From: Candidatus Aenigmatarchaeota archaeon | GTDB lineage: Archaea; Aenigmatarchaeota; Aenigmatarchaeia; CG10238-14; SCSR01 | Direction: 5' to 3' | Assembly (NCBI GenBank): GCA_039000165.1 | Contig: JAWBTW010000003.1 | Span: 21,187 to 79,355, forward strand | DNA length: 58,169 nt | In this document: positions 27,923 to 37,031 of the stretch, in pieces | Layout: every line of letters starts with the position of its first letter | Numbering within the stretch: the stretch's first letter is position 1 | The notes under the pieces: generated by a model | Told to the model about the DNA's origin: nothing | What the model saw: only the letters and a program-made list of their open reading frames with translations | Database searches by the model: none | Translations under genes and position numbers: made by a program

Positions 27923-28617
27923 GTTTTTCCTATAAAGATTTGCTCTTTTGGAAAAACTACCAAACCATTCTTTGTTATTTGAAGAGGATGAACTCCAGAG
28001 TCATGATTGGTAGCTCTCATTTTCCTGACGCACAAACCTCTCGTATAAAAACCTGCTTCCTTTATGTAGTAAAGTATAATTATTCCGTCAACAACAAATT
28101 CTTCCACCCCTAGACCAGAAATTTTCTTAGAACCTTCTTCTATTTCTGAAACAAGAACTGTTGTACAACCCAAGCGTTTAACCAACCTTGTTAGGTCTAA
28201 AATGCTTTTTCTAACCTCTAAAGTTTTTTCAAAGTATAAGCCTAAAATTGTTGAAGGATCTATAACAAGCCTTTTTGCTTTTATTTTTGTTGCTTCACTT
28301 TCTATTAAGTCTCTTAATTTTTCAAAACTATACATTTCTGCGGAAACGAAAGAAACCATTTTTTTATCTATAAGTTCTTTAAAATTCCAGTTGAATTCTT
28401 CCGTGGCATAATTAATAAGTCTTTCAGGCTCTTCTTCCAAAGAAATATAAACTCCTGGCTCGTTATAAACATAAGCTCCGTTGTAAATAAACTGCAAACA
28501 AAATATTGTCTTTCCTGCACCAGCGACACCAGAAAGCAGTATAGTAGAAGATTGAGGAAAGCCTCCAGCTATCAAATCATCTAAGCCAGGAATTCCTGTC
28601 TTTACCCTTTCCACCAT
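27919..28617 (-). CDS. KaiC-like (RAD55/COG0467) ATPase, single domain
   Basis: TGIPGLDDLIAGGFP, GVAGAGKT, YISLEE, EFVVDGIIIL, VRKMRATNH. Confidence 0.93.
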   Translation of the reverse strand: MVERVKTGIPGLDDLIAGGFPQSSTILLSGVAGAGKTIFCLQFIYNGAYVYNEPGVYISLEEEPERLINYATEEFNWNFKELIDKKMVSFVSAEMYSFEKLRDLIESEATKIKAKRLVIDPSTILGLYFEKTLEVRKSILDLTRLVKRLGCTTVLVSEIEEGSKKISGLGVEEFVVDGIIILYYIKEAGFYTRGLCVRKMRATNHDSGVHPLQITKNGLVVFPKEQIFIGKT

Positions 28618-28671
28618 AATAAAGAGTTGAATTTCTATTAAATTAAATTTAAAATTACATAAGTTGATTTA

Positions 28672-29274
28672 ATGAGAGAATTTATACTCAGAGCTTCAAA
28701 AGCAGTTACTACGCCAGATTTTAACTTAAATGATTTAGCAGGTTCGGCAGGAAGAATGGACTTGGTTTGTAGATGCATTTCTAGTGCTCTCTGGATTTCT
28801 AACGATTTGAGAAGAGATGCTAGAATATTTGTGGTTTTGGAAGGACCACCAGTTCCACCAAAGATGTTAGTATTTGAAGGAAGCTCTTTAAAAGGAGTTA
28901 ACCCTGACGAAAGGAACATAGCCTCGCATATAAAAAAAGCTTTGAGGCTTGGTCTTAACTTAAAACTTAACGAGGAAATAGAAGTTTCTCCTGGAATCAA
29001 GGTTGCAAAAAAAAGTTTTGAAACTCTGATAAAAGAAAAAATAAAAGAAACTCAAGTTTTATACTTACATCCAAAAGGAAAGGATATAAAGGAAGTGGAA
29101 GCTAAAGAAAAAGTTGCTTTCGTCTTAGGCGATCATGTGGGAATTGCCAGAAAAACTGAAAAGTTGATGGAAAGACTCGGTATAGAGAAAGTTTCGCTAG
29201 GAAAAACGATTTATTTGGCAAGTCATGCTATAGTTATAGTAAATTACGAGTTAGATAGAAGATGGTTAAAATGA
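28672..29274 (+). CDS. trmY: tRNA (pseudouridine54-N1)-methyltransferase
   Basis: LNDLAGSAGRMDLVCRC, NPDERNIA, FVLGDH.G SPOUT motifs. Confidence 0.95.
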   Translation: MREFILRASKAVTTPDFNLNDLAGSAGRMDLVCRCISSALWISNDLRRDARIFVVLEGPPVPPKMLVFEGSSLKGVNPDERNIASHIKKALRLGLNLKLNEEIEVSPGIKVAKKSFETLIKEKIKETQVLYLHPKGKDIKEVEAKEKVAFVLGDHVGIARKTEKLMERLGIEKVSLGKTIYLASHAIVIVNYELDRRWLK

Positions 29275-30554
29275 AAATAGAAGAAATCGCCTTAAAAGTT
29301 TTGAAAAATTATACATTATGCGACAATTGTTTAGGAAGGATTTTTGGTCAAGTTCTAACTGGCCTTACCAACAAAGAAAGAGGAAAAATAATAAGGTACT
29401 TTATAGCTTTTTTGCTAGATTCTGGAGAAAAAATAGAAGTAAAACCTTCGAATTTTTACAAAATTGAGTTCAGAAACATAAGCTTAAAGGTAGAAAAACC
29501 TGAAAGATGCTCTCTTTGTAGAAACATATTTGAAAAAAAGGAAAAAATAGCAGAAAAGATAGCAGAAAAGTTGAAAGGAATAGAGTTTGAGACTTTTGTT
29601 ATAGGATCAAAAATTCCTGACGAAATTCTAAAGGTTGAAGAAAAAATTTGGGAAGAAGTTGGAATAGAATTTGTTGAATCAATAAAGTCAGAAATAAATA
29701 GAGAAATAGGGAAAGAAGTTGCAAGAATTACAAAGAAAAAATTTGAACCAAAAAATCCTGACATTACTGTCCTGATAGATTTAGAAAAAGGAAGAATAAA
29801 GATTGAAATAAGAAGCTTGTTTGTTTTTGGTGGTTATAAAAAACTTGTTAGGAACATACCTCAATCAAAATGGGTTTGTAGTAGATGTAAGGGAAAAGGA
29901 TGCAAATATTGTAAAGGAAAAGGGAAACTATATCCAACTTCCGTTCAAGAAATAATAGAAAAACCTTTGTTGAAAGCCACGAGAGGAAAAAGAAGTTTCA
30001 TGCACGCAACAGGAAGAGAAGACATAGATGCAAGATGTTTAGATTACAGACCATTTATAATAGAAATCGAAAACCCTTTAAGAAGAAACATCAACTTGAA
30101 GAAAATCGAAAAAGAAATAAACAAGTCAAAAAAGGTTAAGGTAAAAGGCTTGAGAATGACTGAAAAGGAGTTTATAAAAATTTTAAAGTCTGCTAGATTG
30201 GACAAAACTTATTTAGCTGAAGTTGAGTTTGAAAAAAATGTAGAGAAAAGTAAGTTAAAAGAGCTAAAAATTTTGGAAAAAGAGCCGATACTTCAAAAAA
30301 CTCCTCTGAGAGTTTTACATAGAAGAGCTGACAAGTTCAGGAAAAGAAAAGTGAAAAGCATTTCCTATAAGCTTTTGGGAAAGAAAAAGCTTCTTTTAAA
30401 AATAAAGGCTGAAGCAGGACTTTACATAAAAGAACTGATTACAGGAGATGAAGGAAGAACTAAGCCTAACGTACAAGAAATTTTGGGGAACAAAGTTAAA
30501 AAGATAAAGTTAGATGTTATAAAAATACATGATGAAAAACTAAAATTTTGGTGA
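29271..30554 (+). CDS. pus10: tRNA pseudouridine(54/55) synthase Pus10
   Basis: [13 protein letters not shown] domain, catalytic [22 protein letters not shown] 29271 overlaps the trmY stop (ATGA). Confidence 0.96.
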   Translation: MKIEEIALKVLKNYTLCDNCLGRIFGQVLTGLTNKERGKIIRYFIAFLLDSGEKIEVKPSNFYKIEFRNISLKVEKPERCSLCRNIFEKKEKIAEKIAEKLKGIEFETFVIGSKIPDEILKVEEKIWEEVGIEFVESIKSEINREIGKEVARITKKKFEPKNPDITVLIDLEKGRIKIEIRSLFVFGGYKKLVRNIPQSKWVCSRCKGKGCKYCKGKGKLYPTSVQEIIEKPLLKATRGKRSFMHATGREDIDARCLDYRPFIIEIENPLRRNINLKKIEKEINKSKKVKVKGLRMTEKEFIKILKSARLDKTYLAEVEFEKNVEKSKLKELKILEKEPILQKTPLRVLHRRADKFRKRKVKSISYKLLGKKKLLLKIKAEAGLYIKELITGDEGRTKPNVQEILGNKVKKIKLDVIKIHDEKLKFW

Positions 30555-30558
30555 TGCT

Positions 30559-30843
30559 ATGGTTAAAAAATCAAGAGGATTGCGAACAAAAACAAGGGAA
30601 AAATTAAGACAAAAACCAGGTTATAGGCCTGCGATAACAAAGTTTTTGCAAGAATTTAACAAAGGGCAAAGAGTAGTAATAGTACAAGAACCTTCTTCCC
30701 ATAAAGGAATGCCGCATCCAAGATTTAAAGGAAGAGTGGGAAAGGTTATAGGGAAAAGGGGAAAAAGTTATATTGTTGAAATAACAGATGGAAATAAGGT
30801 TAAAAAGATAATTTCAAGACCTGAACACTTAAAGGCGGTTTAA
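30559..30843 (+). CDS. rpl21e: 50S ribosomal protein L21e
   Basis: [28 protein letters not shown]. Confidence 0.97.
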   Translation: MVKKSRGLRTKTREKLRQKPGYRPAITKFLQEFNKGQRVVIVQEPSSHKGMPHPRFKGRVGKVIGKRGKSYIVEITDGNKVKKIISRPEHLKAV

Positions 30844-31170
30844 ATGAAGATAATAGCAGAAGAAACAATAACCAATGCGGAAGCAAAAGAAATACTTGAA
30901 AATAGGGCAAAAGAAGTTGAGCTAAAATACGAGCAAAAAAATGCCCTAGAAATTTTGAGAAAGTTTGTTAAGCTTGATTCTGAAAAGGCGAAAAAGCTTG
31001 CTGAAGAGCTAAAAAAAATTGAAAAATTAAGGGAAAGACAAATAGTTGAAATAATCAACTTTTTACCGGAAGATAAAGATGAGTTAAGAGTTGTGCTTCA
31101 CAAGGAATACAACAGTTTTACACCCGAAGAAATAGACATGATTTTAGAAATAGTAAAAAAGTATATCTAG
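30844..31170 (+). CDS. rpo4: RNA polymerase subunit Rpo4 (F)
   Basis: ITNAEAKEIL...YEQKNALE...IINFLPEDKDELR; conserved position after rpl21e. Confidence 0.93.
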   Translation: MKIIAEETITNAEAKEILENRAKEVELKYEQKNALEILRKFVKLDSEKAKKLAEELKKIEKLRERQIVEIINFLPEDKDELRVVLHKEYNSFTPEEIDMILEIVKKYI

Positions 31171-31188
31171 CCCTTTCTGGCGATTGAA

Positions 31189-31737
31189 ATGATGAAAGAC
31201 GAATATGCAATAGTTTTAGATTTTCTTCCTCACGGAAAACCTGGGGATAGAAAAGCAGAACCTATAGCTCAAGCTATAGGAGAGAAATTCTTTAACCTTT
31301 TAGAGTTAGCTATAAGAGAGGGGGTGGAAGTTAAACCAAAGGAAAGGGTTTATATAGGAGAAGATAAAAGAGATAAGGTAAAGTACATAAGAGGGAGAAT
31401 AAGCTATAACGAGCTTACAAATTTTGCAAAAAATGAACTAGAAGAAGTTTTGCTTGAGCAGATAACGAAAGATGAAAAAAGATTCGTGAATATTTTTAAC
31501 AAGGCCGGACCTATTTCAACAAGAATGCACGCCTTAGAACTATTACCTGGAATAGGAAAAAAACACCTTTGGGATATAATAAGTGAAAGAAAGAAAAAAC
31601 CTTTTGAAAGTTTTAAGGAGTTACAGGAAAGGATAGAAATGCTTCCAGATCCCAAAAAAATGATATTAAAGAGAATTTTAAGCGAACTTGAAGGAAAAGA
31701 TAGACACAAACTTTTTGTCGGTTTTTCCTTAGTTTAA
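31189..31737 (+). CDS. DUF655 RNA-binding protein
   Basis: EYAIVLDFLPHG, TRMHALELLPGIGKK (HhH); conserved position after rpo4. Confidence 0.93.
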   Translation: MMKDEYAIVLDFLPHGKPGDRKAEPIAQAIGEKFFNLLELAIREGVEVKPKERVYIGEDKRDKVKYIRGRISYNELTNFAKNELEEVLLEQITKDEKRFVNIFNKAGPISTRMHALELLPGIGKKHLWDIISERKKKPFESFKELQERIEMLPDPKKMILKRILSELEGKDRHKLFVGFSLV

Positions 31738-31952
31738 CTCTCTTCTTCTATTTCTTTTATCGCAACTGCAACAGAAATCCAGAGTAGGCCACCTACTAAA
31801 AAAAGGACAAAAGCAATTAGCAAAGCTAAAGAGAAGCTCATATCACTTACACCCAAACCCTTTTCCAAATGACCAGCAATCATAGAAGCAAAGAGTATAC
31901 AAATAGAACCCAAAACCCAAAAACTTACTATCTTCCAGTTTCTCTTTACCAT
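31734..31952 (-). CDS. Small two-TM membrane protein
   Basis: Two hydrophobic helices and an acidic tail; downstream of ef1b. Confidence 0.7.
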   Translation of the reverse strand: MVKRNWKIVSFWVLGSICILFASMIAGHLEKGLGVSDMSFSLALLIAFVLFLVGGLLWISVAVAIKEIEEES

Positions 31953-31982
31953 CTTCTCTTAAATTAGATAGTTTTTCAAAAT

Positions 31983-32240
31983 TTATAAACTTCTTGTTAT
32001 CCCTGTAACTTCTACTTCTCCTACTTCCTCTATTTCCTTAAGTTTATTTTCTAGCTTCTCTACTTCTCCTCCTGCGTCTGGAACTATTTTAACAACATGA
32101 ATAGCAACTAAACCAAAAGCAATAGGCTCGCGGGAAATTTTTTCTGGTTTTATCGCATTCTCTATTTTTTCTTCTAACTTATCTAAGTCAACTTCTATTG
32201 TTTTTGGAAGAACCTTTAATCCAACTATTACTTCTCCCAT
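31983..32240 (-). CDS. ef1b: Elongation factor 1-beta
   Basis: MGEVIVGLKVLP...EPIAFGLVA...VGEVEV. True start is ATG 32240; the track extension overlaps the DUF1610 gene. Confidence 0.95.
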   Translation of the reverse strand: MGEVIVGLKVLPKTIEVDLDKLEEKIENAIKPEKISREPIAFGLVAIHVVKIVPDAGGEVEKLENKLKEIEEVGEVEVTGITRSL

Positions 32241-32242
32241 TT

Positions 32243-32404
32243 TTACGGCCCCGTAAACCCACATTTTGGGCAAGTATACTTATTGCTTAAAGCTTTACAA
32301 GTTGAGCATCTAACTATTAAAGCTTCCCCGCAACTTGGACACTCAAACTTAACGAAATTTTCTTTTGCTAAAACATTAACCTTACAAGTTGAGCATTTAA
32401 ACAT
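32243..32404 (-). CDS. DUF1610 zinc-ribbon protein (53 aa, not in ORF track)
   Basis: Hand translation MFKCSTCKVNVLAKENFVKFECPSCGEALIVRCSTCKALSNKYTCPKCGFTGP; canonical neighbour of ef1b. Confidence 0.92.
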   Translation of the reverse strand: MFKCSTCKVNVLAKENFVKFECPSCGEALIVRCSTCKALSNKYTCPKCGFTGP

Positions 32405-32443
32405 TATTTAAGCTTAGTATTAATAATTTTTATAGGTTACGCT

Positions 32444-32528
32444 GCCCCTGTAGTCTAGCCTGGACAGGATAGAAGCTTGCGGTAAGAGTGAAAAGCTTCT
32501 GGCCCGGGTTCGAATCCCGGCAGGGGCA
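32444..32528 (+). tRNA. tRNA-Arg(GCG) with 11-nt intron at 37/38 (32483..32493)
   Basis: GCCCCTG/CAGGGGC acceptor, GAAGC/GCTTC anticodon stem, TT-GCG-G|A loop; central helix UUGC/GUGA; spliced length 74 nt. Confidence 0.92.
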
Positions 32529-32570
32529 TTAAAAATTTAAAATACCAATTCCTAAAAATTGTTAGAGAAA

Positions 32571-32753
32571 ATGCCAAATTTAATTCTTATAATCATCTTA
32601 CTAATCCTAATTTTTCTTCTCTTCCTAAACTTAGACTGTATAATGGAAGGAATAAACAGAGAAAACAAAGCTTTTTGCTTTTACCAAGATTTTGGGTTGA
32701 ACAAAATAGGCGCAAAAACTATTCCTTTAAGCAAATGTGTTTGTTTCCCTTAA
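32571..32753 (+). CDS. Small membrane-anchored Cys-containing protein
   Basis: ATG 32571, strongly hydrophobic N-terminus, four Cys; downstream of tRNA-Arg. Confidence 0.5.
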   Translation: MPNLILIIILLILIFLLFLNLDCIMEGINRENKAFCFYQDFGLNKIGAKTIPLSKCVCFP

Positions 32754-33658
32754 TTTTTTAAAACAACCTTCATAAAATCATAAGCAACTTTCGTGTTTTC
32801 AAAAATCTTTTTTGCATTTTCTTCTAAATCTTTTACGTCAGTATACCTTCTACTTATGTGAGTTAAGATTAATTGTTTAACGTTTGCCTTTTTTGCTATT
32901 CTTGCTGCTTGTTTAACGTCAGCATGAGCTTTTCCACTTTCTTCCTCAAGAAAAGTTCCGTCATGAATTAGCAAATCAGCGTTTTCAGAAATTTTTACAA
33001 TATTATCGCAAGGTTTTGTATCACCTGTATAAACAACCTTTAAACCTTTCTTTAAATTTGCTACTTCTTCGATTCTAATCTCTTTTCCCTTATATTCTGC
33101 TTTCCCATATTTTTTAAGTTTCTTGAGCCAATAACCTCTTTTTAAACCAAGCTTTTTCATTTTTTCCAAATCAATACTCCATCTATCCTTTTCCTTAAAA
33201 GCATAAGCTACAGAAGGAATAGAATGAAAAGCTGGAATTGAAAAAATTTGATAATCTTCTGTTTCATCTATAAGAGTAACTTTTTCACCATGAAAAGGAA
33301 CGTTTATAGCAACAACAGGAAACCTACAACCAAAATAGCCTAAGCTTAAAATGTTTGCCACAAACTTTTCAGCTTCTGGGGCAAAAATTTTCAATTCTTT
33401 TTTTCTTTTTTCCAAGCTCATAGTTTGGAGCAAAGGAATTAAACCAGCAAAATGATCAGCATGCCAATGAGTTATGAAAATCTTATCTATTTTCATAAAG
33501 CTAATTCCAGCAAGCATTAATTGCTTTTGGGTTCCTTCACCGCAATCAAAAAGTAAAGTTTCTTTTTTCTTGCTATAGTACTCTAAAGCTATTGCTGGGT
33601 GGTTTCTTTCTTTGCTCGGTATACCAGAAACCGTGCCCAAAAAAGTTATTTCTATCAC
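32750..33658 (-). CDS. rnz: Ribonuclease Z
   Basis: FLGTVSGIPS..R, LFDCGEGTQ, THWHADH, YTGDT, LIHDGT, LTHISRRY. Confidence 0.97.
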   Translation of the reverse strand: MIEITFLGTVSGIPSKERNHPAIALEYYSKKKETLLFDCGEGTQKQLMLAGISFMKIDKIFITHWHADHFAGLIPLLQTMSLEKRKKELKIFAPEAEKFVANILSLGYFGCRFPVVAINVPFHGEKVTLIDETEDYQIFSIPAFHSIPSVAYAFKEKDRWSIDLEKMKKLGLKRGYWLKKLKKYGKAEYKGKEIRIEEVANLKKGLKVVYTGDTKPCDNIVKISENADLLIHDGTFLEEESGKAHADVKQAARIAKKANVKQLILTHISRRYTDVKDLEENAKKIFENTKVAYDFMKVVLKN

Positions 33659-33680
33659 AATCCTAATTATAGGAAAATCT

Positions 33681-35111
33681 TTATATTAGGCTTTCCTTTT
33701 CAAAGTATTTTCTCAAGAATATGCCAAAATTTTCATCTTTTTTAACAAGCTCCATTATCTTTTCATTCTCGTAAATTAGCTCAAAACCTTTTACTATTTG
33801 TTCAGCTATGTGATTTGGTATTCCTTTTGCTTTAAGCACTTCCAGATTCTTGCTTAGACTGTCAAAAATTTTCTCTCTTGCGGTGATGAATTTTCTTTTA
33901 ACTTCAACACACCAGAAATTGTCTTCTATAAAAGGTCCAGTAATTGCTTGAGTTTTATACTTTTCTAAAAACCTTTCAGAATCGTCCAAATCAAAAATTT
34001 TCGGTCCAATTCTTTTTTGAATTAAAGGCAGCTTGGAAACTTCCATCTCAAGTAGAACTACAGCCAAATCTTTTTCATTTGTATAAACATCCTTCCTTAA
34101 AACTTTAAACTCATACTTAACTTCTTCCAAGATACTTTGAATCCTTTCAGCAAATTTTCTTAGCTGAGGCCAAAGAATGTCAGGGACAACTTTTGGCGGT
34201 GAAAATTTAATAAGTATTATTTCCGTTCTTCTTTTCATTTGATAAACTATTAGTTCATTTTCAGTTATTGGCTCGATTTTTCTCTTAAAGAAAAGCTCTT
34301 CTCTCGGGTTTTCCAAGAATTCTTTAGCCAGTTTTTTAAACTTGAAGAAATTAGTAGAAGAGAGGGCAGCACAGGTATTTCTGTTTTTGTCTGTCGGGTC
34401 TATAAGAATTAAAGCTTGGTTTTTAAACATCCTTATAAGCTTAGGATAATCACTTTTCGAATAATAATTTTTTATTTGAATTATTTCACCTGGTTTCCAG
34501 TTTGCAGCCTTTTTCATGAGTTTAAGGAAACTCTTGTACTTTATTATAAGCAACTCACAAACATAACCAGAAAAACCTTCAGTTTTTGCATCAGCTCCAT
34601 ATATTTCGTTAGCCTCACAAAACTTCTTCAAAAGTCTTACTTCCTCTGCCATTTTTTTAGTTAAATTCTTTTCTATGAACCTAACATGGAAAGGAGTTCT
34701 GTCTACTGCGGACTTTATTTTTTCTGGACTTTCTACTTCATAACAAGGCACTATATCAACGCTTATTTCTTTAATTTTCCCTGAAACATAAGGATGTTGC
34801 GCATACTCTATTGTGTATTCTCCCTTCATCCTTTCTATAACTTTTTTTCCTATTTCTAGACCAAGCTTTTCGAGCTCTTTTTCTTTCAGTTCAGGAGGGA
34901 AAAGAATGAAAACGTCAAACTCTCTTTTTTCTGGAAGCCAAGTATCTCTTGTTATACTTCCTACAAGCATAGCTTTTGCCTTGTATTTTTTTGCTTCCTC
35001 GTTAGCAATTTTTAGAACACGCTGAGCTAAAGATTTCAGTCTTCTCTCTTCCTCTTTCTTTGGCTTTATTTTTTCAAGTACTTCTTTCAATACTTTTGCG
35101 TGCTTATCCAT
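33681..35111 (-). CDS. cca: CCA-adding enzyme, archaeal class I
   Basis: GSITRDTWL...EFD, YAQHPYV, VDIVPC, SAVDRTPFH, GFSGYVCELL, IDPTD..RN. Confidence 0.96.
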   Translation of the reverse strand: MDKHAKVLKEVLEKIKPKKEEERRLKSLAQRVLKIANEEAKKYKAKAMLVGSITRDTWLPEKREFDVFILFPPELKEKELEKLGLEIGKKVIERMKGEYTIEYAQHPYVSGKIKEISVDIVPCYEVESPEKIKSAVDRTPFHVRFIEKNLTKKMAEEVRLLKKFCEANEIYGADAKTEGFSGYVCELLIIKYKSFLKLMKKAANWKPGEIIQIKNYYSKSDYPKLIRMFKNQALILIDPTDKNRNTCAALSSTNFFKFKKLAKEFLENPREELFFKRKIEPITENELIVYQMKRRTEIILIKFSPPKVVPDILWPQLRKFAERIQSILEEVKYEFKVLRKDVYTNEKDLAVVLLEMEVSKLPLIQKRIGPKIFDLDDSERFLEKYKTQAITGPFIEDNFWCVEVKRKFITAREKIFDSLSKNLEVLKAKGIPNHIAEQIVKGFELIYENEKIMELVKKDENFGIFLRKYFEKESLI

Positions 35112-35115
35112 TCTT

Positions 35116-36087
35116 TCACTTTATTTCAAACTCTCTTTCGATGCATCTTACCTTTCCTGTTACTTCACATCCTCCGTACTGAAGGCCTCCTTTGTAAGAA
35201 GTATAATAACAAAACATTGCTTTGTACTTTCCTGGTTCTGCCATTTTTTCCTCGTTGCAATTCTTTGGGAATGTCCTATTTCCAGAAGTACAGTTTATTG
35301 TTTTTGGTTCATAAACTTTTTGGTTCCATACATAACTAAATACTCCAAGAGGTTTAATTTCTGAGCAAAGTTTAGCCTTTGCAGGGCATAATGGACAAGC
35401 TAAACAATCACAGGGGCATGGACAGTAAACTTTTATTTCTTGTTCTACCCATTCACCGTTTTTATACAAGTATAGAAACTTCTCGTCCCAGTCGTAAAAA
35501 TCTACGTAAATCGAAGAATTAAGGTTGTTTATTATCTTAAACTCAATATCTTCTCCCTGTTTATAAGATTCTTTAAGAAGGAAGTTCACCCCTGGCTCAA
35601 GCCCACAAACCTCTTCTATTTCTATTTCTTTGTCTCCAACTCGAACGTATGCGCATGAAAATTCACCTTTCTCTCCAACTAAACCAATTAAGTAATAAAC
35701 CTTGCAATGTGGTAAGTAAGCTTCACAACCTTCAGGCTCTTTTTTCCAAAGTTTTGAAGCTCTAAAAACTTCTACACTAGTGTTTGGCTTAATGTAATCC
35801 TCTATGCCGTCGCAACTTTTTTTAAGAGTATTGAACAAATTTTCATCTACAAAAAGAGATACTTTACTTATTTCTTCAAAGCTAGTTCCGCATTTTGCTA
35901 TTTTTTGATTTATAAGGTTGAGTGCTTCTTCATTTGTTATTTCAACAGGAAAAGGTTTTGGTGAATAGTACAAATAGTATAAAACTATTATTACTACAGT
36001 TAAAACCATTACTGGTATGACTAGGCTCTTCCAGCTTATTTCTTTCTTAACTCTTTTAGCTTCCTTTTCTCTTGCTTTTTTCGCCAT
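35116..36087 (-). CDS. Membrane-anchored extracellular protein with Cys cluster and Ig-like C-terminal domain
   Basis: Basic N-terminus + TM helix; CPCPCDCLACPLCP; YKQGEDIEFKIINN...SYVWNQ...PGKYKA Ig-like pattern. Confidence 0.78.
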   Translation of the reverse strand: MAKKAREKEAKRVKKEISWKSLVIPVMVLTVVIIVLYYLYYSPKPFPVEITNEEALNLINQKIAKCGTSFEEISKVSLFVDENLFNTLKKSCDGIEDYIKPNTSVEVFRASKLWKKEPEGCEAYLPHCKVYYLIGLVGEKGEFSCAYVRVGDKEIEIEEVCGLEPGVNFLLKESYKQGEDIEFKIINNLNSSIYVDFYDWDEKFLYLYKNGEWVEQEIKVYCPCPCDCLACPLCPAKAKLCSEIKPLGVFSYVWNQKVYEPKTINCTSGNRTFPKNCNEEKMAEPGKYKAMFCYYTSYKGGLQYGGCEVTGKVRCIEREFEIK

Positions 36088-36120
36088 AATTATTTTTTTC
36101 TTTTTTATAACTTAAATTTG

Positions 36121-36741
36121 CTAGTAAAAGAAAAGAAAGAAAATCAGAAAGATTAGTAAGGAAACCAAAAGGATTAAAGGAGAGGTTTGAGGATAAGGCA
36201 AAGAGAAAAAACCAGTAGTTGTACTCGAAACAAAGAAAGCCAAAAATCCTAGGAAAAATAAAGGAATAAGTTTTATAAACTCTTTAAAGCCAAACTTTTT
36301 CTCAATTTTAATTTCTTTTTTAGTAAGTAAAGATTCTAAGCAGCTCTGAAGCATTTTATAAACTTCTCTTCCATAGCCCACTTTTAACAACAAATCCTCC
36401 GCTGGGATTAAGCCTTTTTCAATATAAACCTTGAACCTGGAGTAAATTCCGTTTTTGTAAAGATTATACAAGAGTTTTCTTGCTTCTTCACTTAAGCTTA
36501 TTTCTATTTTTCTCCTGTAAGAATAATCCTTTTTTCCATAGCCCATAAGTTCAAAAGAAGTTTGGGGTAAGTATTCAAGAGTTAAATTGTTTGTCTCTTG
36601 TTTTAAAACAACTCTTTTTCTTTTTTCTAAAGGTAACTTTTCCCAATAAATTTCAAAAATCCTTCCTAAGCTCTTAGCAATTTCAGAAGTAAGGCTATTA
36701 TTTTGATACAAACTCTTGCTCAGATTTGAAAAAAAGCTCAT
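36121..36741 (-). CDS. Hypothetical protein with two C-terminal TM helices
   Basis: 206 aa; C-terminal helix-TTGFFS-helix hairpin. Confidence 0.72.
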   Translation of the reverse strand: MSFFSNLSKSLYQNNSLTSEIAKSLGRIFEIYWEKLPLEKRKRVVLKQETNNLTLEYLPQTSFELMGYGKKDYSYRRKIEISLSEEARKLLYNLYKNGIYSRFKVYIEKGLIPAEDLLLKVGYGREVYKMLQSCLESLLTKKEIKIEKKFGFKEFIKLIPLFFLGFLAFFVSSTTTGFFSLPYPQTSPLILLVSLLIFLIFFLFFY

Positions 36742-36773
36742 TATTTAATTTTTGTTTTTCCCTTACCTTAACT

Positions 36774-37010
36774 CTAACTCCTAGCTAAACATTTTTCCAT
36801 TTCTGCTATAACTTCAGAGTAAGGTTCCTTATCGTAACTTGTATAATTTTTCTTTAAGTAATTGTACACAACCAAAGCCTCCCATTTTGGAAGAGCTCGA
36901 AACTCTTTCAAAGCTTCTTCTATGCTAATCCCTCGGAAAATGCTGTAAGGACAAGGAAAATTACAACTCTTAAGCAATAATTCAAAAGTTTCGATTAAAA
37001 GTTGGTTCAT
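36774..37010 (-). CDS. Small hypothetical protein
   Basis: 78-aa ORF just downstream of elp3 on the same strand. Confidence 0.6.
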   Translation of the reverse strand: MNQLLIETFELLLKSCNFPCPYSIFRGISIEEALKEFRALPKWEALVVYNYLKKNYTSYDKEPYSEVIAEMEKCLARS

Positions 37011-37031
37011 ACTCTATTAATAGCAAAAAAA

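Noticed and set aside
32295-32396. Exact 15-nt direct repeat TTACAAGTTGAGCAT (32295 and 32382)
   Set aside because: Both copies encode the CSTCK knuckles of the DUF1610 protein; two copies only, so not a CRISPR or att site.
34905-34925. CCA enzyme has EFD rather than DxD at the catalytic signature
   Set aside because: Glu at the first position is known in archaeal class I enzymes (e.g. A. fulgidus), so it is not a defect.
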